From positions 106,037 through 170,036 of the forward strand of contig CALERN010000023.1 in assembly GCA_937907575.1 (NCBI GenBank): DNA of 64,000 bases, in the 5' to 3' direction. The position numbers were made by a program, and so were the translations under genes. The DNA comes from an uncultured Porphyromonadaceae bacterium. Its GTDB lineage: Bacteria; Bacteroidota; Bacteroidia; Bacteroidales; Muribaculaceae. This document shows, one piece after another, positions 47,354 through 57,145 of the stretch (position 1 is its first letter; each line of letters opens with the position of its first letter). The notes under the pieces were generated by a model. That model was not told the DNA's origin. It saw only the letters and a list, made by a program, of their open reading frames with translations, and ran no database searches.

Positions 47354-47432
47354 ATTGCAAAGTTACAAGTTGCCTGAAGTCCCCGCAATACCTACAATTA
47401 GGTAAAATGCAGAGTGAGGCGGGTTTTTGCCG

Positions 47433-47999
47433 TCATTTCTTGCGCACGGAGAAGCCGAAACGGCCTATCAGGTCGCCCACTTCGTGGTAGAAGCCATGCT
47501 GGTAGACGAGCATTCCGGCCTTCTCCATGGAGAACGCGCCGGTTTCCGGGTCGATGTAGCGGTCGTCGGCGCGGACGTTGAGCACCTCGGCGATGAACAT
47601 GTCGTGCGAGCCGAGCTTCATCACCTCCTTGACGCGGCACTCGATGCTCAGCGGCGACTCCTCGATGGTCGGGGAGGCGACTTTCTCGCCTGGCAGCGGA
47701 GTGAGGCCGGTTTCCTTCCACTTGTTGTAGTCGCGGGTTGAGCGCACTCCCGCCCAGTCGGTGGCGCGAGCCATCGCTGCGGTGGTGAGGTTGATGGTAA
47801 ACTCCATGTTGGCTGCTATCAGCGGATGGCACGCACGCTCGGGGCGCACGGAGATGTAGCACATCGCCGGGTCGGAGCATATAGTGCCTGTCCATGCCAC
47901 GGTGAGCATTGACCACTCCTGCGGCGTGGCTCCGCAGGTCACGAGAACTGCCGGCAGCGGGTATATCATCGTGCCGGGTCGCCAGGATACTTTTGTCAT
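47433..47999 (-). CDS. Flavin reductase-family protein
   Basis: IYPLPAVLV, VAWTG, EFTINL, PTIEESP and LGSHDMF motifs. Confidence 0.92.
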   Translation of the reverse strand: MTKVSWRPGTMIYPLPAVLVTCGATPQEWSMLTVAWTGTICSDPAMCYISVRPERACHPLIAANMEFTINLTTAAMARATDWAGVRSTRDYNKWKETGLTPLPGEKVASPTIEESPLSIECRVKEVMKLGSHDMFIAEVLNVRADDRYIDPETGAFSMEKAGMLVYQHGFYHEVGDLIGRFGFSVRKK

Positions 48000-48460
48000 C
48001 TGTCAGCTATTGTTATGTTGTCGCCCTCCGCCTCGTGGCCGCAGTAGTGGCAGCGCACGCGCACAGGCTGTGTTGACACGACGTTGAAGCGTGTGGCTAT
48101 CGGCTCGTTGCGCGACACGCACTTGGGGTTGTTGCACACCACCAGCCCGGAGATTTCGTCGGGCAGCGAAACGTGCCGTTTCTCCACGACTTCGTATTCG
48201 CGTATGGTGTTGATGACCGCCGAGGGGGCAATCAGGGCGATGCGGCTCACGGTGTCAGCGTCGAGCTCCACGTCGGCTATCTTGATGATGCCCTTGCGGC
48301 CGAGGCGTTGGCTGGCGAGGTTGAAGCCTATGGTCACGCTCTTGTCGAGCGAGGGGATGCCCAGGAGGCTGACGGCCTTGAAGAGCGCGGGGGAGGGTAT
48401 ATGGTCTATCACGGTGCCGTTGCGCAGGGCGGCTACGGCGAGTTCCTTTTTGTCTGGCAT
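47996..48460 (-). CDS. pyrI: Aspartate carbamoyltransferase regulatory subunit
   Basis: NGTVIDHI motif; CNNPKC and CHYC zinc ligands. Confidence 0.97.
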   Translation of the reverse strand: MPDKKELAVAALRNGTVIDHIPSPALFKAVSLLGIPSLDKSVTIGFNLASQRLGRKGIIKIADVELDADTVSRIALIAPSAVINTIREYEVVEKRHVSLPDEISGLVVCNNPKCVSRNEPIATRFNVVSTQPVRVRCHYCGHEAEGDNITIADR

Positions 48461-48496
48461 GTTGTGTCTGGTATTTAGGGTGTCGGAGATGAGGGC

Positions 48497-49426
48497 TTAT
48501 TCGGCTGCGGGGACAGGTATGCCCATTGCGCGGCATATCATGGCCTGGCGGGCATAGAGGCCGTTCTTGGCCTGCTGGAAATAGTACGCTTTCGGGTTGT
48601 CGTCCACGTCCTGGGCTATCTCGCCCACACGCGGCAGCGGGTGGAGGATGCGCAGGTTGGGGCGTGAGGTGGCGAGCATCGCGTTGTTGAGGTTGTAGAG
48701 GTCTTTGACGCGCTCATACTCCAGCAGGTCGGTGAACCGCTCGCGCTGCACGCGAGTCATATATATAATGTCTGAGGAGTCTATTATTTCTCGCGAGAAG
48801 TCGCGGCTCTCGTTGAAGACGATGCCGTTTGAACGGCAGAACTCGCGGAACTCCGCTGGCATGCGCAGCTCGTCGCATGCCACGAAATTGAAGCGCACGT
48901 CGAAATGGCTGAGCGCCATGAGCAGCGAGTGTACCGTGCGGCCGTATTTCAGGTCGCCCACCATGGTGAGCGTCAGGTTGTCGAGCCGTCCCTGTGTCTT
49001 GCGTATGGAGTAGAGGTCGAGCATCGTTTGCGAGGGGTGCTGGTGCGCGCCGTCGCCGGCGTTGATCACCGGCACGTCTGTCACTTCCGTTGCGTAGAGA
49101 GCCGCGCCCTCCAGGTAGTGGCGCATCACGATGAGGTCGGCATAGTTTGACACCATCTTGATGGTGTCCTTGAGCGTCTCCCCTTTCGATGTGGAGGTGG
49201 CAGCCGGGTCGGAGAAGCCGATGACACGTCCGCCGAGGCGGTTGACCGCAGTCTCAAAGCTGAGGCGCGTGCGTGTGGACGGCTCGAAGAATAGCGTTGC
49301 CACCACCTTGCCGTCGAGCAGGTGCGAGTCGGGGTGCTGTTCAAAATATGATGCGTTGTCGAGCAGACGGATGATTTCCTCTTTGCTCAAGTCGTTGATA
49401 GAGACGATGCTGTTGGGATTACTCAT
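48497..49426 (-). CDS. pyrB: Aspartate carbamoyltransferase catalytic subunit
   Basis: [34 protein letters not shown] and HPLPR motifs. Confidence 0.98.
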   Translation of the reverse strand: MSNPNSIVSINDLSKEEIIRLLDNASYFEQHPDSHLLDGKVVATLFFEPSTRTRLSFETAVNRLGGRVIGFSDPAATSTSKGETLKDTIKMVSNYADLIVMRHYLEGAALYATEVTDVPVINAGDGAHQHPSQTMLDLYSIRKTQGRLDNLTLTMVGDLKYGRTVHSLLMALSHFDVRFNFVACDELRMPAEFREFCRSNGIVFNESRDFSREIIDSSDIIYMTRVQRERFTDLLEYERVKDLYNLNNAMLATSRPNLRILHPLPRVGEIAQDVDDNPKAYYFQQAKNGLYARQAMICRAMGIPVPAAE

Positions 49427-49629
49427 GTCCGGGGTGTTTTGTTTGCAAAGATAGGCAAAATCCACGGCTTGCACGCGGCTTGCGAGGCGGAAAATTCGCC
49501 CCTCCGTGAGCGGTAAATGCATCATTAACTATAATTAATCGTATTTTTGCGGCATAATAATGCTGTTCTGGGTAAAAACGATTAATTTTGTGACCGCAAT
49601 AGAAGTAAAACAATAAACTATCCATCAAG

Positions 49630-50523
49630 ATGAAGATCAGAGCAGCAATAGTCGGCTACGGCAACATCGGGCATTTCACCTTGCAGGCACTGCAGGCAGC
49701 CCCGGATTTTGAAATAGCGGGTGTGGTACGCCGCGACCCCTCACGCCGTGATGGCATACCGGCGGAAATCCCCGTAGTGGCATCTGTCGCCGAACTCGAG
49801 AACGTGCAGGTGGCAATACTCGCCACGCCCACGCGCAAGGTCGAGGAGTACGCACGCGAGATACTCGCCATGGGCATAAACACCGTTGACAGCTTCGACA
49901 TACACACTGGCATACCGGCATTGCGCAAGTCGCTCGGCGACGTGGCTCGCCAGCACGGCACAGTCTCCGTCATCTCTGCCGGCTGGGATCCGGGCAGCGA
50001 CTCTGTGGTGCGCACGCTGATGCAGGCTCTCGCCCCCAAGGGCGTGACATACACCAATTTCGGCCCTGGCATGAGCATGGGGCACACCGTGGCTGTCAAG
50101 GCTATCGCCGGTGTCAAGGACGCGCTCTCGATGACTATCCCCACCGGCACGGGCATACACCGCCGTATGGTATACGTTGAACTCCTCCCCGGACACGACA
50201 TCGCCAAGGTGGCTGCCGACATCAAGGCTGACCCATATTTCGCTTCCGACGAGACTCACGTCATGGCGGTGGACTGTGTGGACGACCTGAAGGACATGGG
50301 ACACGGCGTGAACCTGGTGCGCAAGGGCGTTTCCGGCATGACGCAGAACCAGCTCCTCGAGTTTGACATGAAGATAAACAACCCGGCGCTCACCGGCCAG
50401 GTGCTTGTATGCGCCGCCCGTGCCGCAATGCGTATGCAGCCCGGTTGCTACACCATGATAGAAATCCCCGTGGTTGACCTCCTTCCCGGCGACCGCGACC
50501 AGTGGATAGGCAAGCTCGTCTGA
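49630..50523 (+). CDS. ddh: meso-Diaminopimelate dehydrogenase
   Basis: IVGYGNIG, VDSFDIH, AGWDPGSDS, FGPGMSMGH and NNPALT motifs. Confidence 0.96.
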   Translation: MKIRAAIVGYGNIGHFTLQALQAAPDFEIAGVVRRDPSRRDGIPAEIPVVASVAELENVQVAILATPTRKVEEYAREILAMGINTVDSFDIHTGIPALRKSLGDVARQHGTVSVISAGWDPGSDSVVRTLMQALAPKGVTYTNFGPGMSMGHTVAVKAIAGVKDALSMTIPTGTGIHRRMVYVELLPGHDIAKVAADIKADPYFASDETHVMAVDCVDDLKDMGHGVNLVRKGVSGMTQNQLLEFDMKINNPALTGQVLVCAARAAMRMQPGCYTMIEIPVVDLLPGDRDQWIGKLV

Positions 50524-50544
50524 CCACGGCCAGCCTCATATTAC

Positions 50545-50584
50545 AACCGGGCGCATCAGCAGTTTGATGCGCCCGGTTTATTTC
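50545..50584 (+). terminator. Intrinsic terminator after ddh
   Basis: AACCGGGCGCATCA / TGATGCGCCCGGTT 14-bp stem followed by TATTT. Confidence 0.85.
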
Positions 50585-50585
50585 A

Positions 50586-50621
50586 TCGGAGTACTCTGAG
50601 AACTCCGAGTTCTCAGAGAGG
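50586..50621. repeat. Degenerate 9-bp tandem repeat (TCNGAGNNC) x4
   Basis: Units tcggagtac tctgagaac tccgagttc tcagagagg; 11-bp inverted repeat CTCTGAGAACT/AGTTCTCAGAG. Confidence 0.65.
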
Positions 50622-50623
50622 GA

Positions 50624-51925
50624 TTAGCTGAAGAATGTCGCGAAGAGCTTCACGGCGGCGATATGGTCCTCGACAGAGGCGGTCTCGCGAGCCGAGTGCA
50701 TAGCCCAGATGGCGTTGCCCATGTCCACACCGCGCAGGTCCATCTGCGCCGTCAGTATGTTGCCGAGCGTCGAGCCTCCAGCCACGTCGCTGTGGTTGAC
50801 GAAATACTGGCACTTCACGCCCGCCTGCTGGCACAGCGACTTCATCACTGCCGAGCCGTCGGCATCGGTCATGTACTTGCAGTTGGCGTTTATCTTGATG
50901 ACCGGGCCGCCGCCCATCACGGCGTGGTTGGTCGGGTCGTACTTCTCGTTGTAGTTGGGATGCCAAGCGTGCGCGTCGTCGGCGGAAATCATGAACGAGC
51001 GGTCCACGGCGCGGAAGAACGACTGCGCATCGCCGCCGGCACAGGCGCAGAGGCGTTCCAGCATGGAGCGGAGCACCGGCGAGTGTGCGCCCTGCTTGGT
51101 GCCCGAGCCGGTCTCCTCGTTGTCAAATATCGCCATGACGCGGGTAGCGTCGGCAGCGGTGCCGGCCTGTTGCAGCAGAGCCTCGAGTGCGGCGAATGCC
51201 ATTGACAGGTCGTCGATGCGTGCAGACTGGAAATACTCGTTGTTTACACCGGCCAGGCCAGACGGCTCGAGGGGGTAGAGGCACAGCTCATATTCGAGTA
51301 TGTCCTCCGGCTTGATGCCGAGTTCTGCGGCAACGGTCATCTTGACGATGCCGCCATTTGTTTTCTGTTCCTCGATCTGCTCGGGCGTGAAGTATCCCAT
51401 CACAGGCTTCATGTCCTTCTGCACGGAGAGCTTGTTGCCCTCGTTGACGGCGCGGTTGAAGTGTATGGCGAGGTGGGGTATGAACGCTACGGGGCGTTTC
51501 ATGTCGATGAGGCGAGTCTCGGGGTGGAGGGCATCCTTGCCGCGCAGCATCACACGGCCTGATATGGAGAGGGGGCGGTCAAACCAGGTGTATAGTATTC
51601 CGCCGCCGTATTTCTCCACATTGAGCGTCACCACGCCGCCGTCGCCGTATATCTCGGCGTTGGGCTTGATTTTGAAGCACGGGGAGTCGCTGTGTGCGCT
51701 GATGATGCGGAAGCCGGTCTCGGCGGGGTCTTTGCTGCCGACGATGAACGCGAACACGGCAGAGCCGTTCTTGACCACATAGCGGCGGTCGCCAGGGCGG
51801 AGCTGCCAGGCGTCGGCGGGGTTGAGCCGCTCAAAGCCGTTGGTGTCGAGAGCCTTGCTTATCGTGTCTGCCGCGAGGAAATTGCAGGTCGAGGCATCGA
51901 GGTATTTCAGAAGTCTTTCTATCAT
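50624..51925 (-). CDS. M18-family aminopeptidase
   Basis: AHSDSP, YGG.I.YTWFDRPL, IPHLAIH, FDNEETGS, GGSTLG and AMHSARE motifs. Confidence 0.95.
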   Translation of the reverse strand: MIERLLKYLDASTCNFLAADTISKALDTNGFERLNPADAWQLRPGDRRYVVKNGSAVFAFIVGSKDPAETGFRIISAHSDSPCFKIKPNAEIYGDGGVVTLNVEKYGGGILYTWFDRPLSISGRVMLRGKDALHPETRLIDMKRPVAFIPHLAIHFNRAVNEGNKLSVQKDMKPVMGYFTPEQIEEQKTNGGIVKMTVAAELGIKPEDILEYELCLYPLEPSGLAGVNNEYFQSARIDDLSMAFAALEALLQQAGTAADATRVMAIFDNEETGSGTKQGAHSPVLRSMLERLCACAGGDAQSFFRAVDRSFMISADDAHAWHPNYNEKYDPTNHAVMGGGPVIKINANCKYMTDADGSAVMKSLCQQAGVKCQYFVNHSDVAGGSTLGNILTAQMDLRGVDMGNAIWAMHSARETASVEDHIAAVKLFATFFS

Positions 51926-51970
51926 GATGTTGGTTTTATTGGTTGCTTGGTTATGGGTGTAAGAGGCGCG

Positions 51971-52459
51971 TCACTGATGGAAGCGCAGCCGGTTGAGCGC
52001 ACGCATGACGTTGCACAGCGTCTGCGACCAGTAGGCGCGGAAATTGTCGCGGCAGGCAGCGAATGACTCGGCGAGGCTGTCGCCGCCGCTCTCGCGCACC
52101 GCTGCCACGAAGTTGAACAGGTCTTGGTACATGTCGGCGATGCATTCGCCTATGGAGGCGGCTATCGGCGTGTCGCTGTATTTCATGTCCTCCTCAAAGG
52201 TCTCGAGATACATGTCGTCCTCGCCCAGCAGTGCAGCCACGCGCCGGCGTATGCTCTCGTAATGCTCTTCGTCCACATACGGGTGTATGTACTCCTCTTC
52301 GGCATCGGTGTCGCCAGTGCTGAAGTCCATGTACAGCTGCGGCAGCAGCGTGAGCATGGCGTCGATGAACTCCTCCCGTCCCAGCTCGGCGCAGTTTTCG
52401 GCAGCCAGGCAGAAGTCGCGGGCGTGTGTGAGGGCGCTTATCAGTTTGTTGTCAGTCAT
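51971..52459 (-). CDS. DUF5063-family protein
   Basis: LLPQLY, YV.EE.YE and D.YLETF.EDMKYSDTPI.ASI.E..AD.YQD motifs. Confidence 0.8.
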   Translation of the reverse strand: MTDNKLISALTHARDFCLAAENCAELGREEFIDAMLTLLPQLYMDFSTGDTDAEEEYIHPYVDEEHYESIRRRVAALLGEDDMYLETFEEDMKYSDTPIAASIGECIADMYQDLFNFVAAVRESGGDSLAESFAACRDNFRAYWSQTLCNVMRALNRLRFHQ

Positions 52460-52474
52460 TGTGCGGTGTGTATG

Positions 52475-53560
52475 TCATTTTATCTTGCCGGCGAAACGCA
52501 CCTTGCGCACAGGCATCAGCGGGTCGTCGCTCACCACCATTATTTCGCCAGTGATGATTTCGCCGCTTATCTTGCCTGTGTCTATCTCCACGCTCACTTT
52601 CTGCTTCTTGCCCGGGGCGATGCGCTGCGGCATCTTCGTTACCGACAATGCCTTGCAGGGGGAGTAGACTCGGGATATGTGCAGGTCGCTCTTGCCCGTA
52701 TTGCGCACCTCGAATGTCAGCCGAGCGGTCTTGCCGCGCTTGATTTCGCCGATTTCGAGTATGTCGGGGCGGGTGTCGGCTTGCGGGGCGAGGCTTAGGT
52801 CGCCGCCCGGGTATTTAGACCTGTCGGGGACGATGTTGACCTTTACTGTCAATTCGGTGCAATCATCGCCGGCGCAATAGGTGTATGTGCTTTGCAGCAG
52901 GCCGAGCGTTTCAGCCTGTGCGGTGTTGATGTATACGCTTATGGTCTGCACCTGCCCCGGCGGCACTGTGCCTGGGGTCATGGTGACATAGTCGGGCATC
53001 GGGAACCCTTCGCCGCCGTTTGCCCGCAGGGTTATCGGCATGGGTTGTTCGGAGGCGTTGTATGCCGATATGTATGTGTGCTTGGATTTGCCGTGCACCA
53101 CGTTGCCGAAATCGACGGTGCGCTCCGACAGGCGCATCTGCCCGACGGCTATGGGGTACTTGTCGGCGAGCGAGCTGACAGTGCCGATGACAGTACCGGT
53201 GATGCGTATGAACTTGGGCGTGTCGCAGTCGGAGAGGTATACCTTGACCGTCTTGCCGAACTTGCCGGGGCGGCCGGCGGGGTTGTAGCTGAACCGCACG
53301 GTGGCAGTGTCGCCCGGCGCAATGGGGTCTTCCGGCCAGTCCACGGCGGTGCAGCCGCAAGACGGCCTGACACGGCGTATGGAGACGGCCTCCGTGCCAT
53401 GGTTGACAAAACGAGCAAACCCCTGGCGCGGGCCTTCCGCCTCGCGCCAAGTGCCGAAGTCATACTCCTCTTCCAGCCATTCCACCTGCGCCAGCATCGC
53501 CAGTGAGGACAGCATTGCGAGCGTCACGGCTGCTGTGTGCCTGAACCTGAAGCCGCTCAT
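52475..53560 (-). CDS. DUF1573-domain exported protein (multiple Ig-like repeats)
   Basis: YDFG, SCGCT, PIAPG and RPGKFGKTV motifs. Confidence 0.88.
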   Translation of the reverse strand: MSGFRFRHTAAVTLAMLSSLAMLAQVEWLEEEYDFGTWREAEGPRQGFARFVNHGTEAVSIRRVRPSCGCTAVDWPEDPIAPGDTATVRFSYNPAGRPGKFGKTVKVYLSDCDTPKFIRITGTVIGTVSSLADKYPIAVGQMRLSERTVDFGNVVHGKSKHTYISAYNASEQPMPITLRANGGEGFPMPDYVTMTPGTVPPGQVQTISVYINTAQAETLGLLQSTYTYCAGDDCTELTVKVNIVPDRSKYPGGDLSLAPQADTRPDILEIGEIKRGKTARLTFEVRNTGKSDLHISRVYSPCKALSVTKMPQRIAPGKKQKVSVEIDTGKISGEIITGEIMVVSDDPLMPVRKVRFAGKIK

Positions 53561-53961
53561 TTCTTGGCCTTTGGTATGACGTTGCCGGTTATCTTCAGCC
53601 GCACTTTGCCCGGCGAGCCGTTGGTGCGCACGGTGACTACCTTCTCAAACCCGCCGGGCCGTCCGTTGGGGTTGAACGTTACCTTGATTTTCCCCTTCTT
53701 GCCTGGGGCAATGGGCGATTTGGGATATTCCGGGCGTGTGCAGCCGCATTGTGCTGTCACGTCGATTATCACCAGATTGGCGTTGCCCTCGTTGACAAAC
53801 TCAAACGTGTGCGAGGCTGCGCCCTTCGCCTCCTGGATGTTGCCGAAGTCGTGCTTGACCTCCTCAAACACGATTTTCGCCTTGCCTCCGCCACCGGCGT
53901 ACAGGGCTGTTGAGATGACCGCCACCATGGCGATGACGACCAGAGAGATGATCCTTTTCAT
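53557..53961 (-). CDS. DUF1573-domain protein
   Basis: HDFG, QCGCT, PIAPG and RPGGFEK motifs. Confidence 0.9.
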   Translation of the reverse strand: MKRIISLVVIAMVAVISTALYAGGGGKAKIVFEEVKHDFGNIQEAKGAASHTFEFVNEGNANLVIIDVTAQCGCTRPEYPKSPIAPGKKGKIKVTFNPNGRPGGFEKVVTVRTNGSPGKVRLKITGNVIPKAKK

Positions 53962-54057
53962 ATCAGTTAGAATTATGGCCTCCGCCGAAAGTTTAATCAC
54001 GGCGGCAATCATGCATATATAACGGCGAATGTCGTTTCATGTTGTATGGCACGAGGG

Positions 54058-54996
54058 TCAGTCGAGCAGCTGAAGGATTGTCTCGTTGGCATTGTCGATT
54101 ACGGCCGTGTCTATCGATGCGAGGTAGATGCGTGTGGTGCGTTCTGAGTCATGCCCGAGGCCTGAACTGATCACGGCAATGGGTATGTTGTTGGTGTGGG
54201 CGATGCTTGCCCAAGCGTGCCGCGCTACATACATGGTCAGCTTCTCCTCCAGGTCGGTCATCAGCCCCACGTTCTTGAGGGCTCGGTTCACGCTCTGCAT
54301 GGTGTTTTTGTATTGCTTCCACCTGTCGCCCAGCGGATTGCTGATGATAGGAAGCAGGAAAGGGGAGTCTTGCGGCGAGGGGTGACGGTCCACTATCGCC
54401 TGCATGCGGCGGTCCCATCTCATGGCCATCAGCTGCCCGGTTTTGCGCCGCCGGTAGGAGAGGGTGTTCATGCGCAGGTCAGACTTGCGGAGGAACGCCA
54501 TGTCCACGAATGACATCCCCCGGGTGTAGAAAGAGAACAGGAACATGTCGCGAGCGAATGCCTCCATGGGGTATTTTGACAGGTTGACGCGCTTTATCAC
54601 ACGGACGGCATCGACGTTGATGGCGCGTTTCAGCGTCTTGTCCACGCCGGTATACACGTGGCGGAAGGGCATTGCCTGAGTTACGAGCCCTCGTTCAACG
54701 GCGCGGTTGTATATTGCCCGCAAGTTGCGCATATAGAATGAGCTGGTGTTGTCCGTCAGCCCGAGGCCGTGCAGGTAAGCCTCATACGCCAGCATGGTCT
54801 GCGACGTTATCTGTCCCAAAAGGATGTCCCTTCCGTCACGGAAGCGGCGGAAGCTGTTCAACGCAGTGTTGTATTTCTCGGACATTCGCGATTTGCCGAC
54901 AGAGCGCATCTCGCGGATTACCTGGCACGTGAATGTGAACAGCGACATCTGCGGTTCGTCCCGAAGCGCATCGGTGCTGATAGCGGTGTTTGTCAT
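54058..54996 (-). CDS. Tyrosine recombinase (Bacteroidales site-specific integrase, no arm-binding domain)
   Basis: SAM-like domain, FSFYTRGMSFVD, RRKTG, YVARHAWAS, GLGH and TTRIY motifs; promoter TACTTTTG at 55030-55037. Confidence 0.92.
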   Translation of the reverse strand: MTNTAISTDALRDEPQMSLFTFTCQVIREMRSVGKSRMSEKYNTALNSFRRFRDGRDILLGQITSQTMLAYEAYLHGLGLTDNTSSFYMRNLRAIYNRAVERGLVTQAMPFRHVYTGVDKTLKRAINVDAVRVIKRVNLSKYPMEAFARDMFLFSFYTRGMSFVDMAFLRKSDLRMNTLSYRRRKTGQLMAMRWDRRMQAIVDRHPSPQDSPFLLPIISNPLGDRWKQYKNTMQSVNRALKNVGLMTDLEEKLTMYVARHAWASIAHTNNIPIAVISSGLGHDSERTTRIYLASIDTAVIDNANETILQLLD

Positions 54997-55180
54997 TGTC
55001 TTAGTATGTTGTAAGTGATGTATGTGGTGCAAAAGTAGCAGGAGGAGGGGAATGTCGCCGCCGAAAGCACGGCGAAATCGCGGCGAGGCGTTTTTTTGTT
55101 TTGCGGTGACGGAAATAGTAGTTAAATTTGCGTAATGAAAACGATGCGGAGGCCTGGGCCGCCGCGCAAACGACAAGATT

Positions 55181-56326
55181 ATGGCAGACATCGGCAACAA
55201 TGCACCGTACACATTCGACCGCGTGGTCCGCATCCTCGGGGGCGTGCTGCTTCTGGGCGTCGCAGTTTACCTGCTCAATTTCCTCAAGGGGGTGCTGCTC
55301 CCCTTCTTCGTCGCGTGGCTGATAGCGTATATGCTCGAGCCAGTGGTGAAATGGAACATCCGCTGGATGCACTGCCGCAAGCGGTTCCTCCCCGTGGTGT
55401 TCACCCTCGTTGAGGTGACAGCGGTCTTCGGCGCAATACTCGCCGTCACCGTGCCTTACATCATGAGCGAGTGTTCGGAGATGGGCAAGATGCTGCGCAC
55501 ATACGCCAACACGCAGATTCACCTGCCCTGGGTGGCGCAGCAGGTACACGACTTCATAAAGGAGCACGTCAATTTCGAGTACATCGCCTCGCTCCTCAGC
55601 CGTGAGCAGTGGATTGCGCTGCTTAAGGAGACCGCTGCCTCGTCGTGGAACGTGCTGAGTTCAGGGCTGACCTTCGTGCTCGAGCTGCTCAGCTGGCTGA
55701 TAGTCTTCCTCTACCTCATATTCATAATGATAGACTACGAGCGGCTGTCGCAGTCGTTCCGTCATCTGGTGCCTGGCCGCCACCGCCACCGCGTGTTCAA
55801 GATATTTGACGATGTCAAGAGCGCGATGAACCGCTATTTCCGCGGCCAGTTCATCATCGCCATGTCGGTGGGCGTGCTTTTTGCCGTAGGCTTTTGGATT
55901 ATCGGGCTGCCTATGGGCGTGCTGCTCGGCCTGTTCATAGGCATGCTTAACATGGTGCCTTACCTGCAGCTCATCTCGTTGCCCATTACGCTGGTGCTGT
56001 GCATTGTCGCTACGGCCGGCGGCGCGAACTTCTGGGTGATACTGGGCGCGAGCATAGCAGTCTATTTGGTGGTACAGTGCATACAAGACCTCATACTGAC
56101 CCCGAAAATCATGGGGCATGCCATGGGGTTGAACCCTGCGATAATACTGCTGTCGCTCTCGGTGTGGGGGTCGCTGCTCGGCTTCATGGGCCTCATCATT
56201 GCCCTGCCGCTGACCACGCTGGTGCTGTCATACTATGACATGTATGTGCTGCAACGCCTCAAGCGCAAGTCTGACCGCGAGAGCATCGAGAAGATAATCC
56301 ATGAGGAGAACCCCGCGCAGGAGTAA
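55181..56326 (+). CDS. AI-2E-family transporter
   Basis: LLPFFVAWLIAYMLEP, YFRGQ, PKIMG..MGLNP and GLIIALP motifs. Confidence 0.93.
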   Translation: MADIGNNAPYTFDRVVRILGGVLLLGVAVYLLNFLKGVLLPFFVAWLIAYMLEPVVKWNIRWMHCRKRFLPVVFTLVEVTAVFGAILAVTVPYIMSECSEMGKMLRTYANTQIHLPWVAQQVHDFIKEHVNFEYIASLLSREQWIALLKETAASSWNVLSSGLTFVLELLSWLIVFLYLIFIMIDYERLSQSFRHLVPGRHRHRVFKIFDDVKSAMNRYFRGQFIIAMSVGVLFAVGFWIIGLPMGVLLGLFIGMLNMVPYLQLISLPITLVLCIVATAGGANFWVILGASIAVYLVVQCIQDLILTPKIMGHAMGLNPAIILLSLSVWGSLLGFMGLIIALPLTTLVLSYYDMYVLQRLKRKSDRESIEKIIHEENPAQE

Positions 56327-56371
56327 GAAATTTGAGTTAACTTTGCGGCTGTTTTCCCAGCATCAGATGAC

Positions 56372-57112
56372 ATGGCTCAAGACATAGACGACATTCATAC
56401 GCGAGTTCCGAAAACGTTGCACCTCTGCTGGTTCAGCGGCGAAAAGTACCCCGTGGAGATACAGCGGTGTCTAGACAGCTGGGCACGAGTGCTTCCGGAC
56501 TACCGCATACAGCTCTGGACGGCAGACGATGCGCGTGCGATAGGCTGCAGGTATATTGATGAGGCTTTGGAGATGCGCAAATGGGCCTTTGCCGCCGATG
56601 CCGTCCGCTTCTATGCCTTGTGGAAGGAAGGCGGCGTATACCTCGACAGCGACATATTGCTGTACCGCCGTTTTGACCGGTTCATTCCCGCAGAGGGTTT
56701 CGCCACATTCCACGAGCATATAGGCGACCACGTGCAGCTACAGGCGGCGCTCCTCATAGGCAGCGCCGGCAAAGCTTTCTGCCGCGAGGCGTACGCCTAT
56801 TATGCCTCCCGTCCGTTCATAGCGGCTGACGGCAGTCCAGACATGACCATCTCGCCGGAGGTGATGCTCGACATCGCCAAGCAGTTCGGCTACACCCCGG
56901 GCGACCGCGATGTGACGCTCGAGGAGAATACATATATTTATGAGGGGAAATATGTCACGCCATGCAACCGTTGCGACAACGTCTACCCAGGCGCGGTGGC
57001 GCGGCATACCATATACGGCAGCTGGCGCAAACGCAAACTCGTGCGGCGCATAGAGCTGGCCGTGAAGCATCTGGCCCATGTCATGCAGTACCGCCTCGGG
57101 TTGATGCGGTGA
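56372..57112 (+). CDS. GT32/DXD-motif glycosyltransferase
   Basis: VPKTLHLCWF, WAFAADAVR and GGVYLDSD motifs; promoter TAACTTTG at 56338-56345. Confidence 0.9.
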   Translation: MAQDIDDIHTRVPKTLHLCWFSGEKYPVEIQRCLDSWARVLPDYRIQLWTADDARAIGCRYIDEALEMRKWAFAADAVRFYALWKEGGVYLDSDILLYRRFDRFIPAEGFATFHEHIGDHVQLQAALLIGSAGKAFCREAYAYYASRPFIAADGSPDMTISPEVMLDIAKQFGYTPGDRDVTLEENTYIYEGKYVTPCNRCDNVYPGAVARHTIYGSWRKRKLVRRIELAVKHLAHVMQYRLGLMR

Positions 57113-57145
57113 GCAATACCTGACGATAAGCAATACCTGACGATA
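57112..57145 (+). repeat. Perfect 17-bp tandem duplication AGCAATACCTGACGATA x2
   Basis: Copies at 57112-57128 and 57129-57145, filling the gap between the two glycosyltransferase genes. Confidence 0.9.

Noticed and set aside
43986..54996. Prophage defined by the CI-like repressor and the integrase
   Set aside because: The intervening genes are housekeeping (pyrBI, ddh, M18 peptidase), with no structural, replication or lysis genes.
54997..55180. Invertible promoter next to the recombinase
   Set aside because: No convincing inverted-repeat pair flanks either promoter.
57112..57145. 17-bp repeat read as CRISPR or an att site
   Set aside because: Two abutting copies with no spacer and no other copy noticed in the window.
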